Positions 9,394-18,446 of a stretch of DNA of 64,000 bases are shown in pieces. The translations under genes and the position numbers were made by a program. The DNA is taken from positions 28,189 through 92,188 of the forward strand of contig CAZGPG010000013.1 of assembly GCA_964527735.1 (NCBI GenBank), given 5' to 3'. The notes under the pieces were generated by a model, which was given only the letters and a program-made list of their open reading frames with translations, did no database searches and was not told the origin of the DNA. Origin of the DNA: an uncultured Chitinophagaceae bacterium (GTDB lineage Bacteria > Bacteroidota > Bacteroidia > Chitinophagales > Chitinophagaceae). Each line of letters opens with the position of its first letter. Positions within the stretch are counted from its first letter, which is position 1.

Positions 9394-9987
9394 ATGATGC
9401 TTCATGCCGTAGATAATTATCCCGTAAAGATGCAAAATACCAGCGAACAATACCGGCAGGTTATTAATACATGCCGGGAGCTTTACCTGAAAAAAACAGC
9501 CGATTACGGCACTTCCTGGCGGGTGCTCCGTCCTGTGTCTATCGTTGACCAGATATATATAAAAGCCTGGCGTATCCGGCAGATACAGGAAAAGCAGGTA
9601 CAGATGATAGGCGACAGTATCGGAAGTGAATTTACAGGCATCGTAAATTATGGTATCATCGCGCTGATCCAGTTTTCTGCGCCGGCAGATATGCCTCAGG
9701 AGCTGCCGGTGGAAGATGCCCGTGGCTGGTACGACTGTATGGCGGGAGAGATCGAAGAGCTGATGCTGCAGAAAAATCATGATTACGGAGAAGCCTGGCG
9801 TGATATGTCGCAGGAGTCATTTGCCGACCTGATCCTGGTGAAGCTCCTGCGCATCAAACAGATCCTGGCCAACGACGGGCAGACTTCTGTATCCGAAGGC
9901 ATGGATGCCAATTTCAGAGATATTGTGAACTATGCTATTTTCGCATTGATCAAAATAGAAGAAGCACGTAATTTTAATCAGGGTTAA
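9394..9987 (+). CDS. DUF1599-type protein (tandem duplicated all-alpha unit)
   Basis: Two internal copies of K..DYG..WR....S..D.I..K..RI.QI ... IVNY.I.ALI. The gene diverges from folP, a pairing I recall as typical of Bacteroidota. The start is ambiguous (9394 or 9430). Confidence 0.75.
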   Translation: MMLHAVDNYPVKMQNTSEQYRQVINTCRELYLKKTADYGTSWRVLRPVSIVDQIYIKAWRIRQIQEKQVQMIGDSIGSEFTGIVNYGIIALIQFSAPADMPQELPVEDARGWYDCMAGEIEELMLQKNHDYGEAWRDMSQESFADLILVKLLRIKQILANDGQTSVSEGMDANFRDIVNYAIFALIKIEEARNFNQG

Positions 9988-10022
9988 TTTATTTATTCCA
10001 GAAACATTCTAAACAAAAAAAC

Positions 10023-11153
10023 ATGAAATACCTGCTTTGGTTAGTGAGGATCATTGTTGGCGTATTGTTCATCTTTTCCGGTCTGATCAAGGCCAATGAC
10101 CCGCTGGGGCTAAGCTATAAGATGGACGAGTTCTTTGAAGTATGGCATATGTACTGGATGATGCCTTACTCGCTGGCGCTCTCCGTGACTATGATCGCTT
10201 TTGAGATTATTGCCGGCGTGGCGCTGCTTGTAGGATACGGCTTCCGCATTTTCTCATTCCTGCTGTTGCTGCTCACTGCTTTCTTTACGTTCCTTACTGC
10301 ATACGTATACCTGACAGACAAAATCAAGGATTGCGGCTGCTTTGGCGATTGCATCAAAATATCCAATGCGGAGACTTTCTGGAAAGATGTAATGCTACTT
10401 GTGCTGGTGCTGTTCCTGTTTATGCTCCGCAGGCGGATCAAACCCGTATTCAGCGGATATCCCAGCACAGCTATTATCATTATCAGCGGGTTTTTCGCCT
10501 TCGGTATGCAGTGGTGGTCGCTGGAGCATTTGCCATTTTACGATTGCCTTCCTTATAAAGCAGGGAATAATCTTTGGGAAAAAACACATTTGCCGCCCGG
10601 TTCCGAACCGGCGGTATATGAGACGATCCTTACTTACGAGAAGGACGGGGTGCAGAAAGATTTTACCATGCAGAATTATCCCTGGGAAGATACTACCTGG
10701 AAGTATGTAGATACAAAAACGAAGCTGATCAAAGAAGCTACGGGCGAGATTGCCATCAAAGACTTCAGCATTACGGATTATGACGGTAACGATCATGCCG
10801 CCAATATCCTCCAGGCTGAGGGGTATGTTTTTTTGTTTTTCGTGCGTAATACAGACAAGGTAAGAACGGATAATATGGCACGGCTTAAGCAGCTCGCCGA
10901 CCAGGCCGAAACATACGATATACCGACTTATATCCTTTCTTCCGATAACCAGGAACGCACGATGGCATTCCTGCAAAAGCATAACCTGGTGAAGTTCCCG
11001 GCATTCGCTGTTGACGGAACGGCCAGCAAGACCGCCATGCGCAGCAATCCGGGGCTGATGTTGCTGCACAACGGGACGGTACAGGAGAAATGGAGCTTCC
11101 GTGATTATCCGGAAAGCGCTATACTTAACAGTGGAAAGCTGGAATTAAAATAA
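10023..11153 (+). CDS. DoxX/MauE-like membrane domain fused to a thioredoxin-fold domain (BT_3928-type protein)
   Basis: The N-terminus has four hydrophobic helices and a DCGCFGDC motif. The C-terminal ~200 aa are soluble and TlpA-like. Confidence 0.7.
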   Translation: MKYLLWLVRIIVGVLFIFSGLIKANDPLGLSYKMDEFFEVWHMYWMMPYSLALSVTMIAFEIIAGVALLVGYGFRIFSFLLLLLTAFFTFLTAYVYLTDKIKDCGCFGDCIKISNAETFWKDVMLLVLVLFLFMLRRRIKPVFSGYPSTAIIIISGFFAFGMQWWSLEHLPFYDCLPYKAGNNLWEKTHLPPGSEPAVYETILTYEKDGVQKDFTMQNYPWEDTTWKYVDTKTKLIKEATGEIAIKDFSITDYDGNDHAANILQAEGYVFLFFVRNTDKVRTDNMARLKQLADQAETYDIPTYILSSDNQERTMAFLQKHNLVKFPAFAVDGTASKTAMRSNPGLMLLHNGTVQEKWSFRDYPESAILNSGKLELK

Positions 11154-11157
11154 TCTC

Positions 11158-12213
11158 TTGCTACGCTACCTGGCACGGCGAATACGATACAGCATTCTGG
11201 TGTTGCTGGGCGTTATAACTGTTGTTTTTTTTCTTTTTAATGTAATGCCCGCAGACCCTGCCCGTTTAACAATGGGGCAGCGGAGCGATCTGGCTTCCAT
11301 AGAGAATGCACGTAAGGAGCTTAACCTTGATAAGCCACTCTGGAAAAGGTATGTATTGTACCTGAATGACCTCTCTCCCGTGGGGCTGCATGCAAAAGCC
11401 GATCGGGAGAAATACAGGCATATACCGTTGGTAAGCCTGTCGCAGCAAAAAGAGCTTGGATTGAAATGGCCGTACGCCGGCAGATCGTACCGCACCAAAC
11501 GTGAAGTGAATACCGTACTGGCAGAGGCGCTTCCCGGCACGATCATCCTGGCGCTCTCTGCCATGGCCCTGGCGACGATAGGTGGTATTTTGCTCGGTAT
11601 ATTAGCAGCGCTGAAAAAAGATACATGGCTCGATACTTCTGCCATAGTGGCCAGCGTAGCGGGCATCTCATTGCCTTCATTTTTTGCCGGTTTGCTTATT
11701 GCCTATATTTTCGGCTACCTGCTGCATTCTTTTACCGGTCTCAACATGACCGGGAGCCTCTGGGAGTATGATGCGTTCTCAGGCAGGAGGCTTGCATTGC
11801 ATAACCTGGTTTTGCCTGCATTTGCACTGGGTATCCGCCCGCTTGCAATTATCACGCAGCTTACCCGGAGCGCTTTGCTGGATGCGCTTTCACAGGATTA
11901 TATACGCACCGCCTATGCGAAGGGGCTGGGTAAGGCACGGGTCGTTTTCCGCCATGCGCTGCCCAATGCGCTCAACCCTGTTGTTACTGCTGTTTCCGGC
12001 TGGCTGGCAGAGTTGCTGGCTGGTTCCTTTTTCATCGAGTATATATTTAACTGGAAGGGGGTGGGGAAGATCACAGTGGACGCGCTCGATAAATTTGACT
12101 TTCCGCTCGTGATGGGATCTGTGTTGCTCACGTCATTTATTTTCATTACGATCAATCTCCTTACTGATTTCCTCTATGGCTGGCTTGACCCCAGGATAAA
12201 GCATAGGAAATAA
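11158..12213 (+). CDS. ABC transporter permease (DppB/OppB-like binding-protein-dependent family), orphan
   Basis: 351 aa with a TTG start 4 nt after the previous stop. It has multiple TM helices and an EAA-like loop (..SQDYIRTAYAKGLGKARVVFRHALPNAL..). No ATPase or substrate-binding partner occurs in the window. Confidence 0.8.
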   Translation: MLRYLARRIRYSILVLLGVITVVFFLFNVMPADPARLTMGQRSDLASIENARKELNLDKPLWKRYVLYLNDLSPVGLHAKADREKYRHIPLVSLSQQKELGLKWPYAGRSYRTKREVNTVLAEALPGTIILALSAMALATIGGILLGILAALKKDTWLDTSAIVASVAGISLPSFFAGLLIAYIFGYLLHSFTGLNMTGSLWEYDAFSGRRLALHNLVLPAFALGIRPLAIITQLTRSALLDALSQDYIRTAYAKGLGKARVVFRHALPNALNPVVTAVSGWLAELLAGSFFIEYIFNWKGVGKITVDALDKFDFPLVMGSVLLTSFIFITINLLTDFLYGWLDPRIKHRK

Positions 12214-12219
12214 ATCCCG

Positions 12220-12227
12220 TACCTTTG
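12220..12227 (+). promoter_or_regulatory. candidate -7 box (TACCTTTG)
   Basis: Matches TAnnTTTG and lies 16 nt upstream of ATG 12244. Confidence 0.3.
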
Positions 12228-12243
12228 GGTACATTCTGATATT

Positions 12244-12804
12244 ATGGATTTTACCGGTTATATTGCCTGCTTCGAAAGCATACTTAAGCAGACTACGCCG
12301 CCCCCGCCATACGATAATCCTGACTATATGGATTATACCAGGCTCAACTGGTCGCGTATGCAGCGCTGGCTGAAGACCGCCGTAATCTCACCTGCCCTGT
12401 ATGAGGCGCTTGCAGAAGGTAAAGATCGTCCGATGCAGTGGATTGTTATTACAGAACCCTGGTGCGGAGATGCTGCACATATCGTTCCGTTCCTCCATCT
12501 TGCGACAGTGTCTCATCCACATATTTCAGTAAACTATGAGCTCAGAGATGCGGAACCCTTTCGTATCAACGATTATCTGACCAATGGTTCGAAATCTATT
12601 CCCAAACTGGTTATACAGGATGCCCGGGGCAATGACCTGGCAACATGGGGCCCCCGTCCTGCTGCCTGCCAGGAATTATATAATGGACTGACAGCCCGCA
12701 AAGCAGATTTTGAAACCCTCAAAACAGAGTTGCAGCATTGGTATAACAAGGATAAAGGTGTGGAGCTGCAAAAAGAACTTACGATGCTGGTCCGGAATAT
12801 CTGA
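12244..12804 (+). CDS. thioredoxin-fold family protein (single-Cys WCGD motif)
   Basis: 186 aa. ..VITEPWCGDAAHIVPF.. occupies the position of the WCGPC active site, and ..SIPKLVI.. is the cis-Pro region. Confidence 0.65.
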   Translation: MDFTGYIACFESILKQTTPPPPYDNPDYMDYTRLNWSRMQRWLKTAVISPALYEALAEGKDRPMQWIVITEPWCGDAAHIVPFLHLATVSHPHISVNYELRDAEPFRINDYLTNGSKSIPKLVIQDARGNDLATWGPRPAACQELYNGLTARKADFETLKTELQHWYNKDKGVELQKELTMLVRNI

Positions 12805-12863
12805 TTAGCGCTACTGTTGCCTTAATGCCCTCAATGCTGAAGAGATAGACTTAAGGGAAGGGA

Positions 12864-13502
12864 CTAGTATTTCTTCCGGAAATCCCCCCGCTTCCAGGCC
12901 TCAAAAAACTCCGCCCAGGCAAGCGGGTTCATGACCGTGATCGGGCGTACCTGACCGTAATAATAAGCCTGTTGCGCCTGGATATTCTGATAAACAGCCT
13001 GGCTTTCCCGGCCATCACGGGGTAATGTGTAAGCCAAGGCCCGGAGTGCGAGCGCATTGGTGTTTTTCCGCGCAATTTCATACTTGTCGTCAGGGATGCG
13101 CCAGTGTCTGAAGGCATAGTCAAATTCTTCTTTCGAAGGTACCGGGCGGATGATGGTTTCCGGCAGGTAGAACGTATCCTGTACCATCAATTGAATCATG
13201 CTGAAATAAGTCCCCTTCAGATGCTCCGGAACAGCATATTCCTTACCCCGGAAGCCCAGGGCTGAAAATTGCAGCGTATCTCCCTTTTGCACAACAATAG
13301 AGAATACGCCTACATCACTGGCATATACTCCACGGTTTTTATTTTTCACAATAACAGTCACATTGGGTACTGCCCGGAGACTGTCTGCAGTCATGATAAC
13401 GCCGTTTATCTGTACAATATCATCCTGTGATATCTGTGCCTGTGCCTGCTGCAACATGCCAAAGCAGAAAAATAACAGGCCATATGTGCAATATCTCATC
13501 AT
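12864..13502 (-). CDS. carboxypeptidase-regulatory-like (CarboxypepD_reg) domain protein, secreted
   Basis: Signal peptide ..FFCFGMLQQAQAQ, followed by INGVIMTADSLRAVPNVTVIVKNKNRGVYASDVGVFSIVVQKGDTLQFSALGF. I trimmed the start to the tandem ATGs at 13502/13499. Confidence 0.65.
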   Translation of the reverse strand: MMRYCTYGLLFFCFGMLQQAQAQISQDDIVQINGVIMTADSLRAVPNVTVIVKNKNRGVYASDVGVFSIVVQKGDTLQFSALGFRGKEYAVPEHLKGTYFSMIQLMVQDTFYLPETIIRPVPSKEEFDYAFRHWRIPDDKYEIARKNTNALALRALAYTLPRDGRESQAVYQNIQAQQAYYYGQVRPITVMNPLAWAEFFEAWKRGDFRKKY

Positions 13503-13511
13503 GTATAGGTA

Positions 13512-13519
13512 CAAAGATA
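13512..13519 (-). promoter_or_regulatory. candidate -7 box (TATCTTTG)
   Basis: On the minus strand, 9 nt upstream of ATG 13502, implying a very short leader. Confidence 0.3.
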
Positions 13520-13604
13520 AGTGTAAAGAGCCATCCATCAATGTTTCCAGTTAGCCTATTGATAAGTATGATAGCAATTATGCACAAAGAAAGCCGGCAT
13601 AACG

Positions 13605-13612
13605 TACTTTTG
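13605..13612 (+). promoter_or_regulatory. candidate -7 box (TACTTTTG)
   Basis: Lies 33 nt upstream of ATG 13646. Confidence 0.35.
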
Positions 13613-13645
13613 TGGTTATTGCCAGGCATTTTAACAAAGGTTTAC

Positions 13646-14746
13646 ATGATAACAAAAGAAGCGGTACTAACAGCGTTGAGTAATGTGCAGGAGCCCGATC
13701 TGGGCAAAGATCTTGTGACGCTGAATATGGTGCGCGATATAGAAATTGAGGGTAAGAATGTTTCATTTACGGTGGTGCTCACCACACCCGCCTGTCCGTT
13801 GAAGGAAATGATCGAACGGGCGTGCATCAACGCCATCCGGCTGTTGGTAGACAAAGAAGCAGTGGTGACTGTGCATATGACTGCACGGGTGAACAGCAAC
13901 CGTCAGGATAATAAATCGGTGCTGCCCGGTGTGAAAAATATTATTGTAGTGGCATCGGGAAAGGGCGGGGTCGGCAAATCTACCGTTTCCGTTAATCTGG
14001 CTCTGGCGCTTGCTCAGGAAGGCGCCAGCGTGGGACTGATGGATGCTGACATCTATGGTCCTTCAGTGCCGATGATGCTGGGTATCCGTGACGAGCGGCC
14101 GAGAATGATGGACGATGGCGGGAAAGGCAAGATCGTACCGATAGAGCGCTACGGCATCAAAGCTATGTCGATAGGGTTGCTGATCGATGAGAAGCAGGCA
14201 GTGATCTGGCGCGGACCGATGGCCAGCTCCGCAATACGGCAGTTTATTACAGATGTGCACTGGGGAGACCTCGATTATCTCATTATTGACCTCCCGCCAG
14301 GTACAGGCGATGTACACCTCACGCTGGTGCAAACCATCCCGGTGACCGGTGCAGTGATCGTAACCACACCACAGCCCGTAGCCGCAGCAGATGCGCGAAA
14401 GGCAATTATGATGCTGAAGCAGCAGCAGATCAATGTGCCGATACTGGGCATCGTGGAAAACATGGCTTACTTTACCCCCGGAGAATTGCCGGACAACAAA
14501 TACTATATATTTGGTAAAGGTGGTGGTCAGGTGCTTGCTGAGCAGTTTGAGCTGCCCTTTCTGGGAGAAATACCGATCGTACAAAGTATCCGGGAAGGCG
14601 GCGACAGAGGCATACCCGCAGTGCTCAATGACGAGCCGGTTTCCCGTGCCGCTTTCATGACGCTTGCACAGAATACGGCCCGCAATGTCGCCATTCGCAA
14701 TGCCAACCTCGAGCCGACCAAAGTACTGGAGATAAATCAGGGGTAG
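13646..14746 (+). CDS. apbC: Mrp/NBP35 family Fe-S cluster carrier ATPase (ApbC)
   Basis: N-terminal DUF59-like segment MITKEAVLTALSNVQEPDLGKDLV, P-loop VASGKGGVGKST and a ..DLPPGTGD.. motif. I trimmed the 439-aa track ORF to ATG 13646. Confidence 0.9.
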   Translation: MITKEAVLTALSNVQEPDLGKDLVTLNMVRDIEIEGKNVSFTVVLTTPACPLKEMIERACINAIRLLVDKEAVVTVHMTARVNSNRQDNKSVLPGVKNIIVVASGKGGVGKSTVSVNLALALAQEGASVGLMDADIYGPSVPMMLGIRDERPRMMDDGGKGKIVPIERYGIKAMSIGLLIDEKQAVIWRGPMASSAIRQFITDVHWGDLDYLIIDLPPGTGDVHLTLVQTIPVTGAVIVTTPQPVAAADARKAIMMLKQQQINVPILGIVENMAYFTPGELPDNKYYIFGKGGGQVLAEQFELPFLGEIPIVQSIREGGDRGIPAVLNDEPVSRAAFMTLAQNTARNVAIRNANLEPTKVLEINQG

Positions 14747-14784
14747 GGGCGGATTGCATTCGCCCAAAAAGAACTATTCCTGCC

Positions 14785-15633
14785 TTATTGAACCGATACG
14801 GCTCTTTCTGCTGCCGACAGGCTTTGTTGTCGCCTTTGGAATGAATCAAGAGAAATATAAACCTTCTCTGCCGCCGGCAGCATCCGGATCGGATGAAGTT
14901 CCGGTAAACGTTCCGGTTTCTTATTCAGCCAGAAAGAAGACGCCAGGTATTTTTTGTCGGGATAATACACAAAAAGGCAGGTGCTGTCCCTGATCGTTTC
15001 GATGATATCAGCAGAAAGCTCAGACGCTACTGCCGGACAACCCCAGCTTCTGCCAAGGCGATTGTGGACATCTACAAAGCTGTTGCACACATATGCTGCG
15101 CCATGCACCACAATCCCGCGGTCGAGCGCAGCAGAATTATACCCGTTATCCATCCCGTGCAGGCGCATGGAAAGGCCGTGCTTCCCATCATACGTTTCGC
15201 CAGTGACATAAAAGCCAAGACTGCTCTGATGAGAATTCATCCGGTTGGAAAAAGCTGTGGCAAACGCTTCGCCGGACTTTTGGCCATGCGCTACATAGGT
15301 GTTGTATAATACCTTGTTCAGGTTAAGATCAATGATCCACAGCCGGTAATCTGCAGAGGAGCGCGAAAAATCGCAAATGCTCAGTATATTGGTAGTACTG
15401 CTCAGCTTGCCCGCATTTTTAAGGTTCAGATATCCGCGGTAAGCCGTGCGGAAGACTTCAAAAGCTACTTCCCGTCCGGGTTCAAAATCAATTTGCCCAT
15501 ACAGTTGAATAATATGATCATTCAGCCTGGCCTCGGTAACGTTCATATTACCGGCGGTATTATTGGCGGTCACACCAGAAGGGCTATATGCCGATAAAAG
15601 GTACACCAGCACACACAAAATCACGTTCTTCAT
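14785..15633 (-). CDS. L,D-transpeptidase catalytic domain family protein (YkuD_2-like)
   Basis: Signal peptide present. ..VHGAAYV...LGRSWGCPAV.. contains the catalytic His and Cys motif. ATG 15633 is preferred over the TTG two codons upstream. Confidence 0.8.
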   Translation of the reverse strand: MKNVILCVLVYLLSAYSPSGVTANNTAGNMNVTEARLNDHIIQLYGQIDFEPGREVAFEVFRTAYRGYLNLKNAGKLSSTTNILSICDFSRSSADYRLWIIDLNLNKVLYNTYVAHGQKSGEAFATAFSNRMNSHQSSLGFYVTGETYDGKHGLSMRLHGMDNGYNSAALDRGIVVHGAAYVCNSFVDVHNRLGRSWGCPAVASELSADIIETIRDSTCLFVYYPDKKYLASSFWLNKKPERLPELHPIRMLPAAEKVYISLDSFQRRQQSLSAAERAVSVQ

Positions 15634-15671
15634 AATCAATACCTCGTCGGATTAAAGGAAACTAAATCATT

Positions 15672-15679
15672 CAAAGATA
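15672..15679 (-). promoter_or_regulatory. candidate -7 box (TATCTTTG)
   Basis: On the minus strand, 38 nt upstream of ATG 15633. Confidence 0.35.
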
Positions 15680-15831
15680 AAAAAAACGGATAACATACAG
15701 CTCATTATCCATTTTGTTTAACCCGGGTTTAACAGCCGTCGTGGAAATGACATTCACTGCGCAAAGCTGGGTTTTTATTTTACTTTAGCATCTGCGTATT
15801 AATCATAGCGTTATAATCAGACAGCATTAAC

Positions 15832-17127
15832 ATGAAAAGAATTGCCCTTCACTGGCAGATCATAGGCGGCATTGTATTCGGCGCCGTTTTTGCCGCCATA
15901 CTGGTACAGTTCAACTGGGGAACATCGTTCATTATCAACTGGATAAAGCCCTGGGGTACTATATTCATTAACCTGCTGAAGATGATCGCCATACCGTTGA
16001 TCATCACATCACTGGTGAAGGGGGTAGCCGAATTGAAAGATGTTTCCAGCCTTTCGAAAATAGGCGGACGGACCATGCTGATATATGTGTTCACCACTTT
16101 TGCGGCTGTCATCATCGGGTTGCTGATCGTCAATACGATCAAGCCGGGGAATTTTGTCACGGAAGAAACCCGTGTAGTGTTGCTTTCCGGTTTTGAAGAT
16201 GTGGCCGGGAACAAGGTCTCACAGGCACAGGAAGTGATTGCCGGAGGTCCGTTGCAACCGGTTGTGGATATCGTGCCCGATAATTTTTTTGCAGCGATCA
16301 CTGAGAATACCAATATGCTGCAGGTGATCTTCTTTACGATACTTTTTGGTGTGGGGCTGATCCTGATACCGGAAGAAAAGAGCAGGCCTGTAAATGCTTT
16401 TTTTGACGGAGCAAATGAAGTGATACTCAAGATTATTGACATCATCATGAAGATAGCTCCCTATGGGGTATTTGCGCTTATTGCTGCACTGGTGGCGGAG
16501 TCGCCCGCGCCGGATATTTTCGTTGCGCTCGGCGTCTATGCGCTTACCGTGATCTTCGGACTGGTTATCCTGATGTACGGTTTATACTCTGTAATGGTGT
16601 GGTCCCTGGGCAGAATGTCTCCCAGGACGTTCATGAAAGGTATGGCGCCTGCGCAACTGGTTGCCTTTTCTACCAGTTCCAGCGCTGCGACACTGCCGGT
16701 AACCATGGAATGTGTGGAAGAACGACTGAAGATCGACAAGGAGATCGTCAACTTCGCCGTACCGATCGGCGCCACGGTCAATATGGACGGAACAGTGCTT
16801 TATCAGGCTGTGGCGGCAGTATTCATTGCGCAGGTAATGGGTTACGACCTCACGCTGGCCGATCAGCTCACGATCGTGCTTACGGCGTCCCTGGCGGGCA
16901 TAGGAGCGGCGGCAGTGCCCGGCGCCGGTATATTGATGCTGGTCATTGTTCTGGAATCGATCGGGGTGAACCCTGCCGGTATCGCCCTGATCTTTGCAAT
17001 AGACCGGCCGCTGGATATGTGCCGCACGGTGGTAAATGTCACAGGTGACGGGCTTGCAGCGGTGATCGTGCAGCGTTTTACCCGGAGAAAGCCGGTAGTG
17101 GCGGATACGAGTCTTGAGCAGGTGTGA
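15832..17127 (+). CDS. dicarboxylate/amino acid:cation symporter (DAACS family, GltP-like)
   Basis: 431 aa and polytopic. Signature motifs are ..FSTSSSAATLPVT.. and ..IGATVNMDGTVLYQ.. Confidence 0.88.
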   Translation: MKRIALHWQIIGGIVFGAVFAAILVQFNWGTSFIINWIKPWGTIFINLLKMIAIPLIITSLVKGVAELKDVSSLSKIGGRTMLIYVFTTFAAVIIGLLIVNTIKPGNFVTEETRVVLLSGFEDVAGNKVSQAQEVIAGGPLQPVVDIVPDNFFAAITENTNMLQVIFFTILFGVGLILIPEEKSRPVNAFFDGANEVILKIIDIIMKIAPYGVFALIAALVAESPAPDIFVALGVYALTVIFGLVILMYGLYSVMVWSLGRMSPRTFMKGMAPAQLVAFSTSSSAATLPVTMECVEERLKIDKEIVNFAVPIGATVNMDGTVLYQAVAAVFIAQVMGYDLTLADQLTIVLTASLAGIGAAAVPGAGILMLVIVLESIGVNPAGIALIFAIDRPLDMCRTVVNVTGDGLAAVIVQRFTRRKPVVADTSLEQV

Positions 17128-17137
17128 TGATCATATT

Positions 17138-17208
17138 AATGTGACAAATGTGTTGAATGTGGAAAATGTGATAAACACATTCGTCACATTCAATACATTT
17201 GTCACATT
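17138..17208. repeat. family A oligomer-built hairpin (AATGTGNNN units), copy 1
   Basis: Left arm aatgtgaca-aatgtgttg-aatgtggaa-aatgtgat. Right arm aaacacattcgtcacattcaatacatttgtcacatt is its imperfect complement. Starts 11 nt after the stop at 17127. Confidence 0.8.
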
Positions 17209-17237
17209 TTCAAAATAACGCTCTCCCCATTTTTGCG

Positions 17238-17245
17238 TACTTTTG
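17238..17245 (+). promoter_or_regulatory. candidate -7 box (TACTTTTG)
   Basis: Lies 19 nt upstream of ATG 17265. Confidence 0.4.
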
Positions 17246-17264
17246 CACCCGTAAAAGCAAAGAC

Positions 17265-18443
17265 ATGAAAGAAGTATATATAGTTTCGGCAGTCCGCACG
17301 CCGCTGGGTAGCTGGGGCGGCTCGCTGAAAGATTTTTCTGCAACGCAGTTAGGCTCATTTGCCATCAAGGGCGCGTTGGAGCGGATCGGGCTGGACCCGA
17401 AAGAGGTGAATGAAGTGTTGATGGGATGCGTGCTGCAGGCCAATCTCGGCCAGGCGCCCGCCCGTCAGGCTGCGCGGTTTGCAGGCGTCCCGGACAATGT
17501 TCCGTGTACGACAATCAACAAGGTATGCGCCAGTGGTATGAAGGCGGTAATGCAGGGGGCGCAGGCGGTGCTGCTGGGTGATGCCGATGTTGTTGTGGCC
17601 GGCGGTATGGAAAGCATGAGCAACGTACCATTCTATAATCCCAATCTCCGCTGGGGTAGTAAATACGGCAATGTGACGCTGATAGATGGGCTGGCTAAAG
17701 ACGGCCTTACTGATGTGTATCATAATTACGCGATGGGCAACGCGGCTGAACTTTGCGCCAAAGAGTGTAACATCAGCCGGGAAGCACAGGACGAGTTTGC
17801 CATCGAAAGCTATAAGCGCAGTCAGGCTGCTGCTCAGGCCGGTAAGTTTGATAATGAAATCGTGCCGGTTGAGATCCCGCAGCGGAAGGGTGATCCTGTT
17901 ATTTTTAATAAAGACGAAGAGCCCTGGAATGTAAAATTCGACAAGATACCGGGGCTGCGACCGGCATTTGTTAAAGAAGGCACTGTTACCGCTGCCAATG
18001 CCTCCACCATGAACGACGGCGCTGCAGCGCTTGTTTTGATGAGCAAGGAGAAAGCGGATGCACTGGGTCTTAAGCCCATTGCCAAAATCCGTGGCTATGC
18101 AGATGCCGAGCAGGCGCCGGAATGGTTTACAACCACACCTTCGCTCGCTGTCCCCAAGGCAGTTGAGAAAGCAGGCCTGAAGATGGAAGATATCAGCTAC
18201 TTTGAGTTGAATGAAGCATTCAGCGTGGTAGGTATTGTGAATACACAGAAAATGAACCTGAAGCCGGAGCTGGTAAATGCCAACGGCGGAGCGGTATCAT
18301 TAGGTCACCCGTTGGGTGCGAGCGGCGCCCGTATCCTCGTAACGCTGATCAACGTCCTGCATCAGAATAACGCACAATATGGTGCAGCTGGTATCTGTAA
18401 CGGCGGCGGCGGCGCCAGCGCTGTCGTGATCGAAAAAGCGTGA
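17265..18443 (+). CDS. acetyl-CoA C-acetyltransferase (thiolase II)
   Basis: MKEVYIVSAVRTPLGS.., the active-site Cys region NKVCASGMKAV, and the C-terminal ..GICNGGGGASAVVIE. I trimmed the track ORF to ATG 17265. Confidence 0.92.
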   Translation: MKEVYIVSAVRTPLGSWGGSLKDFSATQLGSFAIKGALERIGLDPKEVNEVLMGCVLQANLGQAPARQAARFAGVPDNVPCTTINKVCASGMKAVMQGAQAVLLGDADVVVAGGMESMSNVPFYNPNLRWGSKYGNVTLIDGLAKDGLTDVYHNYAMGNAAELCAKECNISREAQDEFAIESYKRSQAAAQAGKFDNEIVPVEIPQRKGDPVIFNKDEEPWNVKFDKIPGLRPAFVKEGTVTAANASTMNDGAAALVLMSKEKADALGLKPIAKIRGYADAEQAPEWFTTTPSLAVPKAVEKAGLKMEDISYFELNEAFSVVGIVNTQKMNLKPELVNANGGAVSLGHPLGASGARILVTLINVLHQNNAQYGAAGICNGGGGASAVVIEKA

Positions 18444-18446
18444 TTT

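Noticed and set aside
9385-9780. 132-codon N-terminal extension of the folP ORF
   Set aside because: The extension has no DHPS similarity and overlaps the divergent DUF1599 gene. The conserved DHPS N-terminus begins right after ATG 9384.
13427-13645. 73-codon N-terminal extension of the mrp/apbC ORF
   Set aside because: It runs through the divergent promoter region and the start of the neighbouring minus-strand gene. The DUF59-like N-terminus starts at ATG 13646, which has a -7 box 33 nt upstream.
15681-15710. Orphan minus-strand terminator or small RNA 3' end (ggataa..ttatcc hairpin followed by a T-run)
   Set aside because: The stem is only 6 bp, and the T-run merges directly into the TATCTTTG -7 box of the L,D-transpeptidase gene. 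It is more simply explained as AT-rich promoter-upstream DNA.
17131-17358. Small ORFs encoding NVTNVLNVTNVF-, FKFSNFQI- or VETRCIASL-type peptides (also 18558-18782, 59077-59316, 19962-20252)
   Set aside because: These are translations of the intergenic hairpin repeat families, not genes.
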